From Sandaracinaceae bacterium (GTDB lineage Bacteria > Myxococcota_A > Polyangia > Polyangiales > Sandaracinaceae), in contig JBGAQA010000068.1 in NCBI GenBank assembly GCA_044220955.1, forward strand, positions 1-36,874: a stretch of DNA of 36,874 nt, in the 5' to 3' direction. A model generated the notes under the pieces. That model saw only the letters and a list, made by a program, of their open reading frames with translations. It did no database searches and was not told the DNA's origin. Both the position numbers and the translations under genes were made by a program. Positions 26,530-36,084 of this stretch are shown in pieces; the stretch's first letter is position 1, and every line of letters begins with the position of its first letter.

Positions 26530-28078
26530 CGCGCGTCCGAGCCGCGCGCGGGGGGTCGCTGGGGCGCTCGCCAGGCGCGTCCGCGGCCTCGGCTCGCGCC
26601 TGCTGCTGGTCAACGCGGTCGTCCTCGTCGTCCCCTGGGCCGGGCTCGAGTACGCGCGCTGGCACGAGCGACAGTTGCTGCAGTCGCTCGAGCAGGATCT
26701 GCGCGACCAGGCCGTGCTCGTGCGCGCGACGGCCGAGAGCACGCTCGCGCGCGGCGGCGCGCTCGAGGACGGCGCCATCGACGCCATCCTCACGGACGCT
26801 GCGCGAGACACGCGGACGCGGATCCGCGTGCTCGGAGCGTCGGGCGCGACGCTCGCGGACTCGCACGATCAGGGGGCGCCCGAGGGGCCGGAGCCCGGCG
26901 CGCCCTCGCTGCTCTCGTCGGTGCTGCCGAGCGCCGCGCCCCGCGCTCCGGTGCCCTGGACCGGCGAGACGCGCTCGCGCTACGCGACGACGGGGACACC
27001 CTGGCCGGCGATCGAGACCCGTCCCGAGTTCCTCGCCGCGCTGGCGGGGCGGCCGGCGGCGTACACGCGCGTGCGCGCGAACGAGCCGCAGGTCGTTCTC
27101 TTCGTCGCCGAGCCGGTGCGCGCGCACCCGGGCGGCGCCTCCGACGTGGTCGCCGTCGTGTACGTCACCCGCTCGACCACGCCGGTCATGGTGCAGCTCC
27201 ATCGCCTCCGCTCGAGCCTGATGAAGCTGCTCGCGCTCTCGCTCGGGATCACCGTCGTCGTCACCCTCGTGCTCGCGTGGACGATCACGCGCCCGCTCGA
27301 GCGTCTCGCGGGCGCGGCGCGCCGGATCGCGGCGGGCGAGCGCGACGTCGCCGTGCCCCCGGTCGGGAGCGGCGAGGTCCGCGAGCTCGCCGACGCGCTC
27401 GACGTGATGGTGCGCGAGCAGCGCGAGCGGCTGCGCTACGTGACCGAGTTCACCGCCGACGTCGCCCACGAGCTGAAGAGCCCGCTCACCTCGATCCGCG
27501 GCGCCGCGGAGCTGCTGCGCGAGGGCGCGTTCGAGGACGAGGCCGCGCGCGCTCGCTTCCTGTCGAACATCGAGCTCGACGCCGAGCGCCTCGACCGGCT
27601 CGTCTCGCGCTTGCTCGAGCTCTCGCGCATCGACGCCTCCGCCGAGCCGGTCGTGCCCGTCGCGCTCGACGACGTCATCGCGTCGGTGGTCGCGCGGACC
27701 GACAGCCACGACCAGCCCGTGCGGGTGTCGGGCGAGGCGGGCCTGCGGGTGCGCGGGCGTCCCCACGACCTCGAGCGTGCGCTCTCGAACCTGGTGGAGA
27801 ACGCGCTCCGCTTCTCGCCCCCCGCCGCACCCGTGCGCATCGAGGTCGCGCGCGTCGGTGAGCGGGTCGAGATCGCGGTCGCGGACGAGGGGCCCGGCGT
27901 GCCCGAGGGGGACCGCGCGCGCGTCTTCCAGCGCTTCTTCACGACCGACGCGGAGCGCGCCGGCACGGGCCTCGGCCTGGCGATCGTCCTGAGCGTCGCG
28001 AGCGCCTGCGGGGGTAGCGCGCGCCTCGCGCCGAGCGAGCGTGGCGCCCGCTTCGTGCTCTCGCTCCACCCGGCCTGA
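26516..28078 (+). CDS. Sensor histidine kinase (CreC/ChvG-like; 2 TM, HAMP, HisKA, HATPase)
   Basis: HELKSPLTSIRGAAELL, NLVENALRFS, DEGPG, GTGLGLAIV. Confidence 0.93.
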   Translation: MPPADARPSRARGVAGALARRVRGLGSRLLLVNAVVLVVPWAGLEYARWHERQLLQSLEQDLRDQAVLVRATAESTLARGGALEDGAIDAILTDAARDTRTRIRVLGASGATLADSHDQGAPEGPEPGAPSLLSSVLPSAAPRAPVPWTGETRSRYATTGTPWPAIETRPEFLAALAGRPAAYTRVRANEPQVVLFVAEPVRAHPGGASDVVAVVYVTRSTTPVMVQLHRLRSSLMKLLALSLGITVVVTLVLAWTITRPLERLAGAARRIAAGERDVAVPPVGSGEVRELADALDVMVREQRERLRYVTEFTADVAHELKSPLTSIRGAAELLREGAFEDEAARARFLSNIELDAERLDRLVSRLLELSRIDASAEPVVPVALDDVIASVVARTDSHDQPVRVSGEAGLRVRGRPHDLERALSNLVENALRFSPPAAPVRIEVARVGERVEIAVADEGPGVPEGDRARVFQRFFTTDAERAGTGLGLAIVLSVASACGGSARLAPSERGARFVLSLHPA

Positions 28079-28143
28079 CGGGCAGTATCGGGCCTCGTGC
28101 CCGCCGACGTAGGCTCCCCGCGTCTCGCGAAAGGAACCTCGTC

Positions 28144-29229
28144 ATGCCGCTCGATCACTACGTCACGCTCGGACGCTCCGGCCTGCGCGTCTCGCCGCTC
28201 TGCCTCGGCGCGATGACCTTCGGCGAGGACTGGGGATGGGGCTCGAGCGTCACCGAGTCGCAGAGCATCCTCGACGCGTTCCTCGCCAGGGGCGGCAACT
28301 TCATCGACACGGCGAACGCCTACACCAAGGGGCACTCCGAGAAGATCATCGGCGACCACGTCGGCCGGCACGCGAGCAAGCGCGATCGCGTGGTCATCGC
28401 GACGAAGTTCCTCAGCAACCTCTTCCGTGGCGATCCGAACGGCGGCGGCGCGAGCCGCAAGGCCATCGTGCAGCAGTGCGAGCACTCGCTGCGGCGCCTC
28501 CAGACTCACTACATCGACCTCTACTGGATGCACGCGTACGACGCGACGACACCGATCGACGAGACGATGCGCGCGCTCGACGACCTCGTGCGGGACGGAA
28601 AGGTCCGCTACGTCGGCTTCTCCGACACGCCGGCCTGGAAGTGCACCGAGGCCCAGATGCTCGCGCGCGCGCACGGCTGGGCGCCGCTCGTCGCGCTGCA
28701 GATCGAGTACTCGCTGCTCGAGCGCACGGTCGAGGGCGAGCTCGTGCCGATGGCGCGCGAGATGGGGATGGGGATCACCCCCTGGTCGCCGCTCAAGAGC
28801 GGCGTGCTCAGCGGCAAGTACAGGCGCGAGGCGCACGGCAAGCACGAGGCCGGGCGCGGCGCGTGGGCGCTCTCGGCGCTCTCGGACAAGACCTACGATC
28901 TGCTCGAAGCGATGGAGTCGATCGCGAAGGAGCTCGACACCACGGTGTCGCGCGTCGCGATCGCGTGGGTGCAGGCGCGCCCGGGCGTGACGAGCACCAT
29001 CATCGGCGCGCGCACGATGGCGCAGCTCGAGGACAACCTCGCCGCGATCGACGTGAAGCTGCGCGATGGCGACGTGACGAGGCTCGACGCGCTCAGCAAG
29101 CCGAAGCTGAACTTCCCGGCGGACTTCCTCGCCAACGGCGCGGCCTTCGTGCACGGTGGGACCACGATCAACGGCCGCAGTGCCCCCGTGTGGCCGATGT
29201 CGCCCGCGACCGACTCGGAGCGGTACTGA
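28144..29229 (+). CDS. Aldo/keto reductase
   Basis: LGRSGLRVSPLCLGAMTFG, IDTANAY, IATKF, IDLYWMH, WSPL. Confidence 0.95.
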   Translation: MPLDHYVTLGRSGLRVSPLCLGAMTFGEDWGWGSSVTESQSILDAFLARGGNFIDTANAYTKGHSEKIIGDHVGRHASKRDRVVIATKFLSNLFRGDPNGGGASRKAIVQQCEHSLRRLQTHYIDLYWMHAYDATTPIDETMRALDDLVRDGKVRYVGFSDTPAWKCTEAQMLARAHGWAPLVALQIEYSLLERTVEGELVPMAREMGMGITPWSPLKSGVLSGKYRREAHGKHEAGRGAWALSALSDKTYDLLEAMESIAKELDTTVSRVAIAWVQARPGVTSTIIGARTMAQLEDNLAAIDVKLRDGDVTRLDALSKPKLNFPADFLANGAAFVHGGTTINGRSAPVWPMSPATDSERY

Positions 29230-29230
29230 T

Positions 29231-29443
29231 TTTCTCGGGGCGGATGCCCGCCCCGCCCCGTGCCGAGTGAATCGGCCACGGGGCCCCACCCCTGCTCCGA
29301 CTCGGCTCGCTACCGCTCGCCTCGCGCGGCACACCGCGCCTCTCCCAGGGCTCCCGGATCGCGCCCGGCGTTGTCGTCTTTCTCGGGGCGGATGACCGCT
29401 TTCTCGGGCGGATGCCCGCCCCGCCCCGTGCCCCTCGGCCACG
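29231..29443. repeat. Composite intergenic repeat: three TTTCTCGGG(G)CGGATG units flanking a family B element
   Basis: 29231-29264 and 29400-29432 are near-identical; partial copy at 29379-29399; core 29288-29378 resembles 23-108. Confidence 0.85.
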
Positions 29444-29455
29444 ACGCTCGTCGGC

Positions 29456-30292
29456 TCAGGGCATGCGGAGCACCACGCCGGTCGAGCCCGTGTAGAGGGA
29501 CGGCGCTGCGTCCTGGCTGAGCGCGACCCCGACGCCGATGCCGACGCCGGCGGCCGCGACGAGGAGGCCGGTGACGACCCAGAAGATCGGGTCCCGCTCG
29601 AGGCCTCCTCCGCCGCCCGCGTCCACGACCGAGTCCTCGACGAGCTCGACCTCGTCGGTCGCGATCGGCGCGAGCGCCAGGCGCGCCACCTCGTGCTCCG
29701 CGGCGAGCACCGAGACCTCGAGCTGCGCATCGACGTACCCGGGTGCGGTGGCCAGCACGATGTGCCGGCCCGGGTCGAGCGGGAGCACGCGGGTCGGTCC
29801 CGTGCCGTCCACGGTCTGCCCGTCGACGCGCACGAGGGCGGCGTCGGGCTCGACCTCGAGCGCGAGCTCGGCGAGGCTCAAGACCGCCTGCTCGCGGCGC
29901 GCCAGCGCCTCCGTGCGCAGCTCGCTCGTCTCGCCCTCGGTCTCGGTGAGGTAGGCGTCGAACGTCTCGATCGCCTCCCGGAACCGGCCGAGGCGGTAGA
30001 GTGCGAAGCCGACGTTGAAGCGCGTGCTGGGGCGCGCCACCAGCGTGAGTGAGCGGCGGAACAGCTCGAGGGCCTCCGCCCACCGATCGGCGTCGCCGAG
30101 CTCGACGGCCCGTCGGAACATCGCCTGCGCATCCGCGGTCGCGTCCGGCGGGGGCGCCGTCGTCGTCGACGCCGGGGCATCGACGCTCGCCGTGTCCAGG
30201 GCCGCGGGGGCAGCATCCTGCGCGGCCGCGCGCGGCACCGCCGACGCCACGGCTCCCAGCGCGAGCAGCGCGGCGCCGACCGACCGCATCAT
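29456..30292 (-). CDS. Secreted TPR + PEGA-like protein with C-terminal TM
   Basis: Signal peptide; TPR helices (TRFNVGFALYRLG); LDPGRHIVLATAPGY; hydrophobic segment near C-terminus. Confidence 0.85.
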   Translation of the reverse strand: MMRSVGAALLALGAVASAVPRAAAQDAAPAALDTASVDAPASTTTAPPPDATADAQAMFRRAVELGDADRWAEALELFRRSLTLVARPSTRFNVGFALYRLGRFREAIETFDAYLTETEGETSELRTEALARREQAVLSLAELALEVEPDAALVRVDGQTVDGTGPTRVLPLDPGRHIVLATAPGYVDAQLEVSVLAAEHEVARLALAPIATDEVELVEDSVVDAGGGGGLERDPIFWVVTGLLVAAAGVGIGVGVALSQDAAPSLYTGSTGVVLRMP

Positions 30293-30424
30293 GCCGCCCC
30301 CTGCCGCTCCGTCGCGCCCGACACGCGCGAATCTTCCGCGAAAGGTGCGCCCGCCTCAAGGGGCGTCGCGCACGGCGCGCTTGCCGTCGAGCACATCCGC
30401 GGCGGCGGGGCTATATCCGCCGCC

Positions 30425-33136
30425 ATGTCGCGCCGGATCGTCCTTCCTTTCTTCGTCTCCATCCTGTTCGGCTCCGTCCTGCCTGCCTGCTCCAACGGCT
30501 CGCGGGTCAACATCGAGGTCGTGACCGGCCTCGTGCCGGGGCCCGAGTTCGCCTACGTGGTCACGGAGATGTACCCGCCCGGCGACGACTCGCAGGGGCT
30601 CGTGCGCGTGCTGCACGCCGAGGCGATCTCGCGCTTCCACGACGAGTACCTGCGCGGCCATCGCGTCGCGACCTTCGACGCGATCGCGTACGGCGAGCAG
30701 AGCATCCGCGTCAGCCTTCTGCGGCCCGATCGCACGCTCCTCGTGACGCAGGAGGTCGCGCTCACCGTGAACGCGCCGACCGTGCTCGCGCGCGTCCGCA
30801 TCGACCGCGACTGCGTCGCAGTGGAGTGCCCGACCGCGTCTTCGCCCGGCTCGACCGCCTGCTACGGCGGGCACTGCGCCGACCCGCGCTGCAACCCGAC
30901 CGATCCGACGACGTTCGAGTTCTGCGGCTCGCTCCGCTTCTGCAACGCCGACACGGACTGCCCGATGCCGGCGGCCTGCTCCACGCGGCACTGCGTGGAG
31001 GGCAACTGCACGGCCGACCCCTACCTGCCGACGACGCCCGCCGACGCGTGCGGCGCGACCCAGTGGTGCGATCCGGTCGACGGCTGCGCGGTGCTGCCCG
31101 GCGAGACGCCCGCGGCCGACGCCGGCGCGGACGCCTCGATGCCGGTCGGCGACGGCGGCGCCGCCGACGCGGGGCCGGACGCGGGCCCCTGCTACCAGGA
31201 GATCTGCGACAACCCCGTGTTCCCCTGCCACTGGTCCTACATCGACTGCGCGAGCCCGACGCGCGCGTGCGTACCGTTCGTCAGGCGCGAGACCGGCTCG
31301 AGCTGTGGCGGGACGAGCATCTGCTCGAGCACGGCCGCGTGCCTCGCGTGCCCGGGCGCGCCCTCGTGCGATCCGACGTCCGACGTCGACGGCGACGGCA
31401 TCCCCGACCGGATGGACGTCGAGACGTGCGACGGCACCGACGAGGACGGTGACGGCACGGTCGACGAGGGCCTGCCGCTCGGGCCGACGACCTACACCGA
31501 CGCGGACGGCGACACGCACGGCGATCCTGCGACGGGCATGCGCCGCTGCGCGGGCCTGCCGGGGTTCGTCACGACGAACGACGACTGCGACGACACGAGC
31601 GCGGCCGTCTCGCCCGACGCGCTCGAGATCTGCAACTCGCGCGACGACGACTGCGACACCCTCGTCGACGGCGCCGACCCCACGATCAGCACGCCCTTCG
31701 GCGGCGGCGACGGGAGCGCGTCGAGCCCCTTCCTGATCTGCACGCGCGCGCACTTCGACGCGATGGCGAGCGTGGGCAGCCCGAGCGCGTCGTACCGTCA
31801 GACGGTCGATCTGGATCTCGCGGGCACGAACGTGATCCCGGTGGGCGCGCCGGGGATCGACCCGGACCTCGCCGGCGGCGGCTTCGCGGGCGACTACGAC
31901 GGCGCCGGGCACGCGCTGTCGAACGCGGTCGTGCGCGAGACGAGCGCCGCGCTGGCCGGGATCTTCCGCAAGCTGGAGGCGAGCGGGCGCGTGCACGACC
32001 TCGTCCTGATGAACGTGACCATCGACGGAAGGGACGTCGTCGGGACGGTCGCGGGCACGTCGTTCGGCACCCTCGAGCGGGTGAGCGTGATGAACGGGAC
32101 GGTGTCGAGCCACGGGACGGCGGGCGGTCTCGTGGGCCACGTGCGCGGCGGCACGATCGCGAGCTGCGCGACGAGCGGCCTCACCGTCGCGAGCGCCGCC
32201 GACTCCACGCGCGTCGGGACCGTGGTGGACACGGGCGTCGGCGGGGCCGCGGGCGTGATGTACGCAGGGAGCGCGACGAGCACCACCGTCACCAACGCGC
32301 GCGTGTCGTGGAGCGCGTCGGGCACCAGCATCGCGGCGTGGACCTTCTCGGGCGGCTTCGTCGGGTACATGAACTCCGCGTCCGTGACGGGCTCGCGGGT
32401 GACGGGCACGCTCGACGCCGTGCTGGCGCTCGGGGGGTTCGTCGGCGCGTGCGAGGGCGCCGGGACGCTGACGGATGACTACGCCGACGTCGACGTCAGC
32501 GGCGTGAACGGCGCGGGCGGCTTCGCGGGCACGGACAAGTGCGCGAGCGTGCGCCTCGGCGCGCGCGGCAACGTCGTCGCCACGGGCGGCTCGGCGGGCG
32601 GCTTCGCCGACACGCTCGAGTGCAACGGGGGGACGCCGATGCAGGAGCTCTTCGCGACGGGCGACGTCACCGGGGCGCGAACGGTCGGCGGCTTCGCGGC
32701 GTTCATCCGCCCGCGCACGGCGGCGGGCGGCACCATCACCGACGTCGTGGGCTACGGCATCGTGCGCGCGGGTCCCGGCGGCGCGGTCGGGGGCCTGGCC
32801 GGGATCTTCTCGGGCTGCACCGTGACCAACGCGGCGATGCTGCACGAGTCGATCACCGGTGGCGTGCGCCGCGCGGCGTGGATCGCCACGGACACGACCG
32901 GCATCGGCACGACGGCGAGCTACCTGCGCGCGGCCCTCGCGCTGCCCGACGAGGCGACGCCGATCGACTACCCGGCGGTCCTCGCGCTGCCGGACGCGGA
33001 CTTCCAGCTCACCGCCCAGATGCCAGCCCTCGACTTCACGACGAGCTGGGCGATCACGATGACGCGCACCGACGGCCGCATGCTCGGCCCGGTGCTGCGG
33101 CGCGAGTGCGGCACCGACGGCATCGTCTGCCGCTGA
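30425..33136 (+). CDS. Large Cys-rich surface lipoprotein with putative metal-binding repeats and GLUG-like beta-helix
   Basis: Lipobox LPAC; DCDD..VSPDALEICNSRDDDCD; FAGDYDGAGH, GGLVG, GGFVG, GGLAG repeats; 903 aa. Confidence 0.85.
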   Translation: MSRRIVLPFFVSILFGSVLPACSNGSRVNIEVVTGLVPGPEFAYVVTEMYPPGDDSQGLVRVLHAEAISRFHDEYLRGHRVATFDAIAYGEQSIRVSLLRPDRTLLVTQEVALTVNAPTVLARVRIDRDCVAVECPTASSPGSTACYGGHCADPRCNPTDPTTFEFCGSLRFCNADTDCPMPAACSTRHCVEGNCTADPYLPTTPADACGATQWCDPVDGCAVLPGETPAADAGADASMPVGDGGAADAGPDAGPCYQEICDNPVFPCHWSYIDCASPTRACVPFVRRETGSSCGGTSICSSTAACLACPGAPSCDPTSDVDGDGIPDRMDVETCDGTDEDGDGTVDEGLPLGPTTYTDADGDTHGDPATGMRRCAGLPGFVTTNDDCDDTSAAVSPDALEICNSRDDDCDTLVDGADPTISTPFGGGDGSASSPFLICTRAHFDAMASVGSPSASYRQTVDLDLAGTNVIPVGAPGIDPDLAGGGFAGDYDGAGHALSNAVVRETSAALAGIFRKLEASGRVHDLVLMNVTIDGRDVVGTVAGTSFGTLERVSVMNGTVSSHGTAGGLVGHVRGGTIASCATSGLTVASAADSTRVGTVVDTGVGGAAGVMYAGSATSTTVTNARVSWSASGTSIAAWTFSGGFVGYMNSASVTGSRVTGTLDAVLALGGFVGACEGAGTLTDDYADVDVSGVNGAGGFAGTDKCASVRLGARGNVVATGGSAGGFADTLECNGGTPMQELFATGDVTGARTVGGFAAFIRPRTAAGGTITDVVGYGIVRAGPGGAVGGLAGIFSGCTVTNAAMLHESITGGVRRAAWIATDTTGIGTTASYLRAALALPDEATPIDYPAVLALPDADFQLTAQMPALDFTTSWAITMTRTDGRMLGPVLRRECGTDGIVCR

Positions 33137-33148
33137 GGGCGAGCCGGA

Positions 33149-33610
33149 TCAGCGCACGGCGACCGGAAACGACGCGCTCGCGTTCGCGTCCTCGGTCGTC
33201 AGCGCGGCGTATGCCGCACCGTCCGCCCCGACGCGGACGACGAGCGGGACCTTCGGCACGCCACGCGGCGCGCGCGCGACGGCGACCTCGAGGTGAGCGA
33301 CCGGCCGCGTCGAGCTGCCGATCACGACCAGCTCGCAGCGGATGCTCGGCTGCGCGTCCTTGCTCGTGCTCAGCGTCTCCTCCTTCGACGCGGGGAGCGC
33401 GGTGCCGGCGTCGAGCAGCGGGATCGTGGCGCCGGACGGCGTGCGGATGGCGATCGACTCGCCGAGGCAGCGCCCGCTCGGGGCGGGCGGCGCAGCGGCG
33501 TCGGGGACCTCGCGGATCTCCGTGCGGCAGTACGGGCAGCGCGTCGCGCGCGCGCCCTCCGGGAGCGAGACGGGCGCGGTGCACGTGGGGCAGCGGAGCG
33601 AGACCATCAC
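33149..33610 (-). CDS. Zinc-ribbon fused to Hsp70 substrate-binding beta-domain-like region
   Basis: CPTC-x14-CPYC; ESIAIRTPSG..LPASKEETLSTSKDAQ..APRGVPKV..VGADG; start GTG 33610 or ATG 33607. Confidence 0.75.
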   Translation of the reverse strand: MMVSLRCPTCTAPVSLPEGARATRCPYCRTEIREVPDAAAPPAPSGRCLGESIAIRTPSGATIPLLDAGTALPASKEETLSTSKDAQPSIRCELVVIGSSTRPVAHLEVAVARAPRGVPKVPLVVRVGADGAAYAALTTEDANASASFPVAVR

Positions 33611-33616
33611 GAGCGA

Positions 33617-33645
33617 AGCGTTCGCCTCGAGCGGCGACGCGTCAA
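33617..33645 (-). promoter_or_regulatory. Candidate promoter, leaderless
   Basis: TTGACG-17 nt-AACGCT-6 nt-GTG. Confidence 0.55.
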
Positions 33646-33782
33646 CGCGCGCGGCGCCGGAGCAGGGCAGCCAGTAGCGCGACGGCCGCGCGCGACGCGA
33701 GCGCGAGAACCAGCGCGACGAGGACGGGGGAGGGCGAGAGAGAGCCGCGGGCGGAGCCCGCACCCAGAGCGGGGTCGAGGGG

Positions 33783-33860
33783 GAGGGCGAGAGCGAGGGC
33801 GAGGGCGAGAGCGAGAGCGAGAGCGAGAGCGAGAGCGCGAGCGAGGGCGAGGTCGAGAGC
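33783..33860. repeat. Hexanucleotide tandem repeat (GAGRGC)x13
   Basis: 13 units counted, two of them degenerate; intergenic between divergent genes. Confidence 0.9.
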
Positions 33861-33920
33861 CGGGCGCTCCGCCTAAACCGTGCGCGCGCCCCCCACGCGT
33901 CCTATATCCTCGGCCCACGC

Positions 33921-36080
33921 ATGCGCTCGCGCCTCCTTCCCGCCCTCTTTTCCGCGCTCCTCCTGGCCTCGGCGTGCGGTGGTACCGGCGCGGTTGGCTC
34001 CACGCTGCCTCTCGGGGAGCGCACGGTCGACGACGAGAGCTACGGCGAGGTCCGGCGCCTCTACCTCGTGCTCGCGCCGGACGATCCGATCCGCGCCGGC
34101 GTGCGCGAGCGGCTCCTCGCGCACCTCGCGCGCCGCTCGGACGCGCTGATCGCGGCCGAGGACTACGAGGGCATCGTCGCGCTTCTGGCCGACATGACGT
34201 CGCTGCTCGCGCCGAGCGATCTCGCGCCGGGCAGCAGCGTGCCCGAGTCCATCCGGCCCCTCGCGCGCTTCCTCGCCGACGCCGGCTCGCGCCGCGGCGA
34301 CGAGCCGCGCGTTCTCGCCGCGCTCCTGCTCCTCTTGCGGAGCGCGGGCGACGACGCGGCGATGCAGGCGGAGTACGAGCGCGTGGCGAGCTGGGGCCAC
34401 GACGCGCGCCTCGGCGGCAGCACCGAGGCGACGCCCTCCTTCGAGCACCTCTTCGACGGCGCGGTCGGCATCCTCGAGGTCTGGCAGGAGCACGCGCGCC
34501 TCTGCCCCGCGCCCGAGGTGCTCGAGCACCTCAGCGCGCTGCTCGTCGAGCTCACCAACGCCTTCAACGGCGGCACGGCGATCGAGGGATTCGCGCCGCG
34601 CCTGTCTCCCTCGTCCATGGAGGAGCTGCAGTTCGTCGCGGCGCTGCTCGAGCGCACGCCCCTCGAGATCGCGGCGGTCTGGCTCGCGCACGGCGACCTC
34701 GCCGCAGCGCGCGATCACCTCGCCTCGATGGGCGACCGCACGGGAAGCGAGTGGCGCGTGCGCCGCGTGATCGAGACGGCGATGCAGGCCGACGGTGAGG
34801 GCGCCGAGGCGCTCTACGAGCTCGCGGCGGGGTACGCGGACGCGCGCACCGACGTCGCCGAGGCGATGTGCCGGCTCGGCGTCCGCATGCACGCGACCGA
34901 CGCGCGCTTCCCGCTCTGCCTCGCGCGCCTCACCAGCGGTGAGGGCCAGATCGCCGAGGGGACCGCCTGGTACCGCGAGGCCGTGCGCCTCTCGCCCGAC
35001 GAGCGCTCGGTGTACGACGAGGCGCTCACGCAGCTCTCGCACTCGCTCGAGATCGGCGCGTTCGACGACTCGGCCGGCGGCGTCGGACAGATGCGGCAGA
35101 TCGGGCGCGACGCCGAGGCGATCCTCGCCGAGCGCGCTCGCCGCTGGCCGGCCGAGCCCGCCGAGGTATCGGTCGCGTCGCTGCGCTTCTCGGTGGGGCG
35201 CGCGGAGATGGCCGCCGGCAACCTCGACGAGGCGCGCGCGTCGCTCCGCGCGAGCCTGGCGGACACGCCGACCCGCGCGGCGCTCGAGGAGCTCGCCTCG
35301 ATCGCCATGCGCACGGGTGACGCGCCCGGGGCGATCACCCTGCTCGACGAGGCGATGGGCCGGCTCTCGCAGCAAGGCCGCGACGGTCAGATCGAGCGCG
35401 CGGCGATCCTCGAGTCGCTCGGCGACGCGCACCGGCTCGCCGGTCACACCGAGGAGGCGCAGGCGGCCTACCGCCAGGCGCTCGACATCTTCCGCCCGCT
35501 CTCGGACACCGAGGACGCGAGCCAGGCGGCGGCGATCCACGTGCGGCTCGGCACGATCGTGCGGCGCCTCGGCGAGCGGCCGGCGTCGGACCGCGAGTAC
35601 CGCCTCGCGATGGAGTCGGCTCCGGAGTGGCGCGAGCCCTTCGCGGAGATCCTGGCGCACCTGGTGATCGACGGGCCGGACCACGCGCTCGCGGACGAGA
35701 CGTTTCGCGCGGCGCGCATGGGCTCGCACCTGGCCGACGAGTGGAAGGTGTACTTCGCGCTCTGGGTGCAGCTCATCGCGTACCTCGCCGACCAGGGCAC
35801 GAGCCCGGAGGCCGAGGAGCTGCTCGCGACGCTCGCCTCGGGCGACGGCTGGCACGCCGAGCTCGCCGGGATCGGCGCCGGCACGACGAGCTACGAGCAC
35901 GCGCTCGCCGGGGCCGGGACGGCCGGGCAGCGCTGCGAGGCGCACTTCTACTCGGGCGCGCGGGCCCTCGCGCACGGCGACCGAGCCGCGGCGCGCACCG
36001 CGTTCCAGGCGGCGCTCGACACGCACATGGTCAGCTACTTCGAGTACGTCATGGCCGACGAGCTGATCCGCACGCTCTGA
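33921..36080 (+). CDS. TPR-repeat lipoprotein
   Basis: Lipobox ASAC; all-helical with TPR signatures (LGDAHRLAG..EEAQAAYRQAL; CEAHFYSG). Confidence 0.85.
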   Translation: MRSRLLPALFSALLLASACGGTGAVGSTLPLGERTVDDESYGEVRRLYLVLAPDDPIRAGVRERLLAHLARRSDALIAAEDYEGIVALLADMTSLLAPSDLAPGSSVPESIRPLARFLADAGSRRGDEPRVLAALLLLLRSAGDDAAMQAEYERVASWGHDARLGGSTEATPSFEHLFDGAVGILEVWQEHARLCPAPEVLEHLSALLVELTNAFNGGTAIEGFAPRLSPSSMEELQFVAALLERTPLEIAAVWLAHGDLAAARDHLASMGDRTGSEWRVRRVIETAMQADGEGAEALYELAAGYADARTDVAEAMCRLGVRMHATDARFPLCLARLTSGEGQIAEGTAWYREAVRLSPDERSVYDEALTQLSHSLEIGAFDDSAGGVGQMRQIGRDAEAILAERARRWPAEPAEVSVASLRFSVGRAEMAAGNLDEARASLRASLADTPTRAALEELASIAMRTGDAPGAITLLDEAMGRLSQQGRDGQIERAAILESLGDAHRLAGHTEEAQAAYRQALDIFRPLSDTEDASQAAAIHVRLGTIVRRLGERPASDREYRLAMESAPEWREPFAEILAHLVIDGPDHALADETFRAARMGSHLADEWKVYFALWVQLIAYLADQGTSPEAEELLATLASGDGWHAELAGIGAGTTSYEHALAGAGTAGQRCEAHFYSGARALAHGDRAAARTAFQAALDTHMVSYFEYVMADELIRTL

Positions 36081-36084
36081 ACGG

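Noticed and set aside
29231..29443. Mini CRISPR array
   Set aside because: Three unequal repeats with irregular spacing (148 and 21 bp), the intervening sequence is itself a repeat, and no cas genes are present
33293..33920. ORFs reading through the hexamer repeat (RERERE / ARARAR / RSRSRS)
   Set aside because: Low-complexity translations of the microsatellite, overlapping real genes, with no RBS or domain
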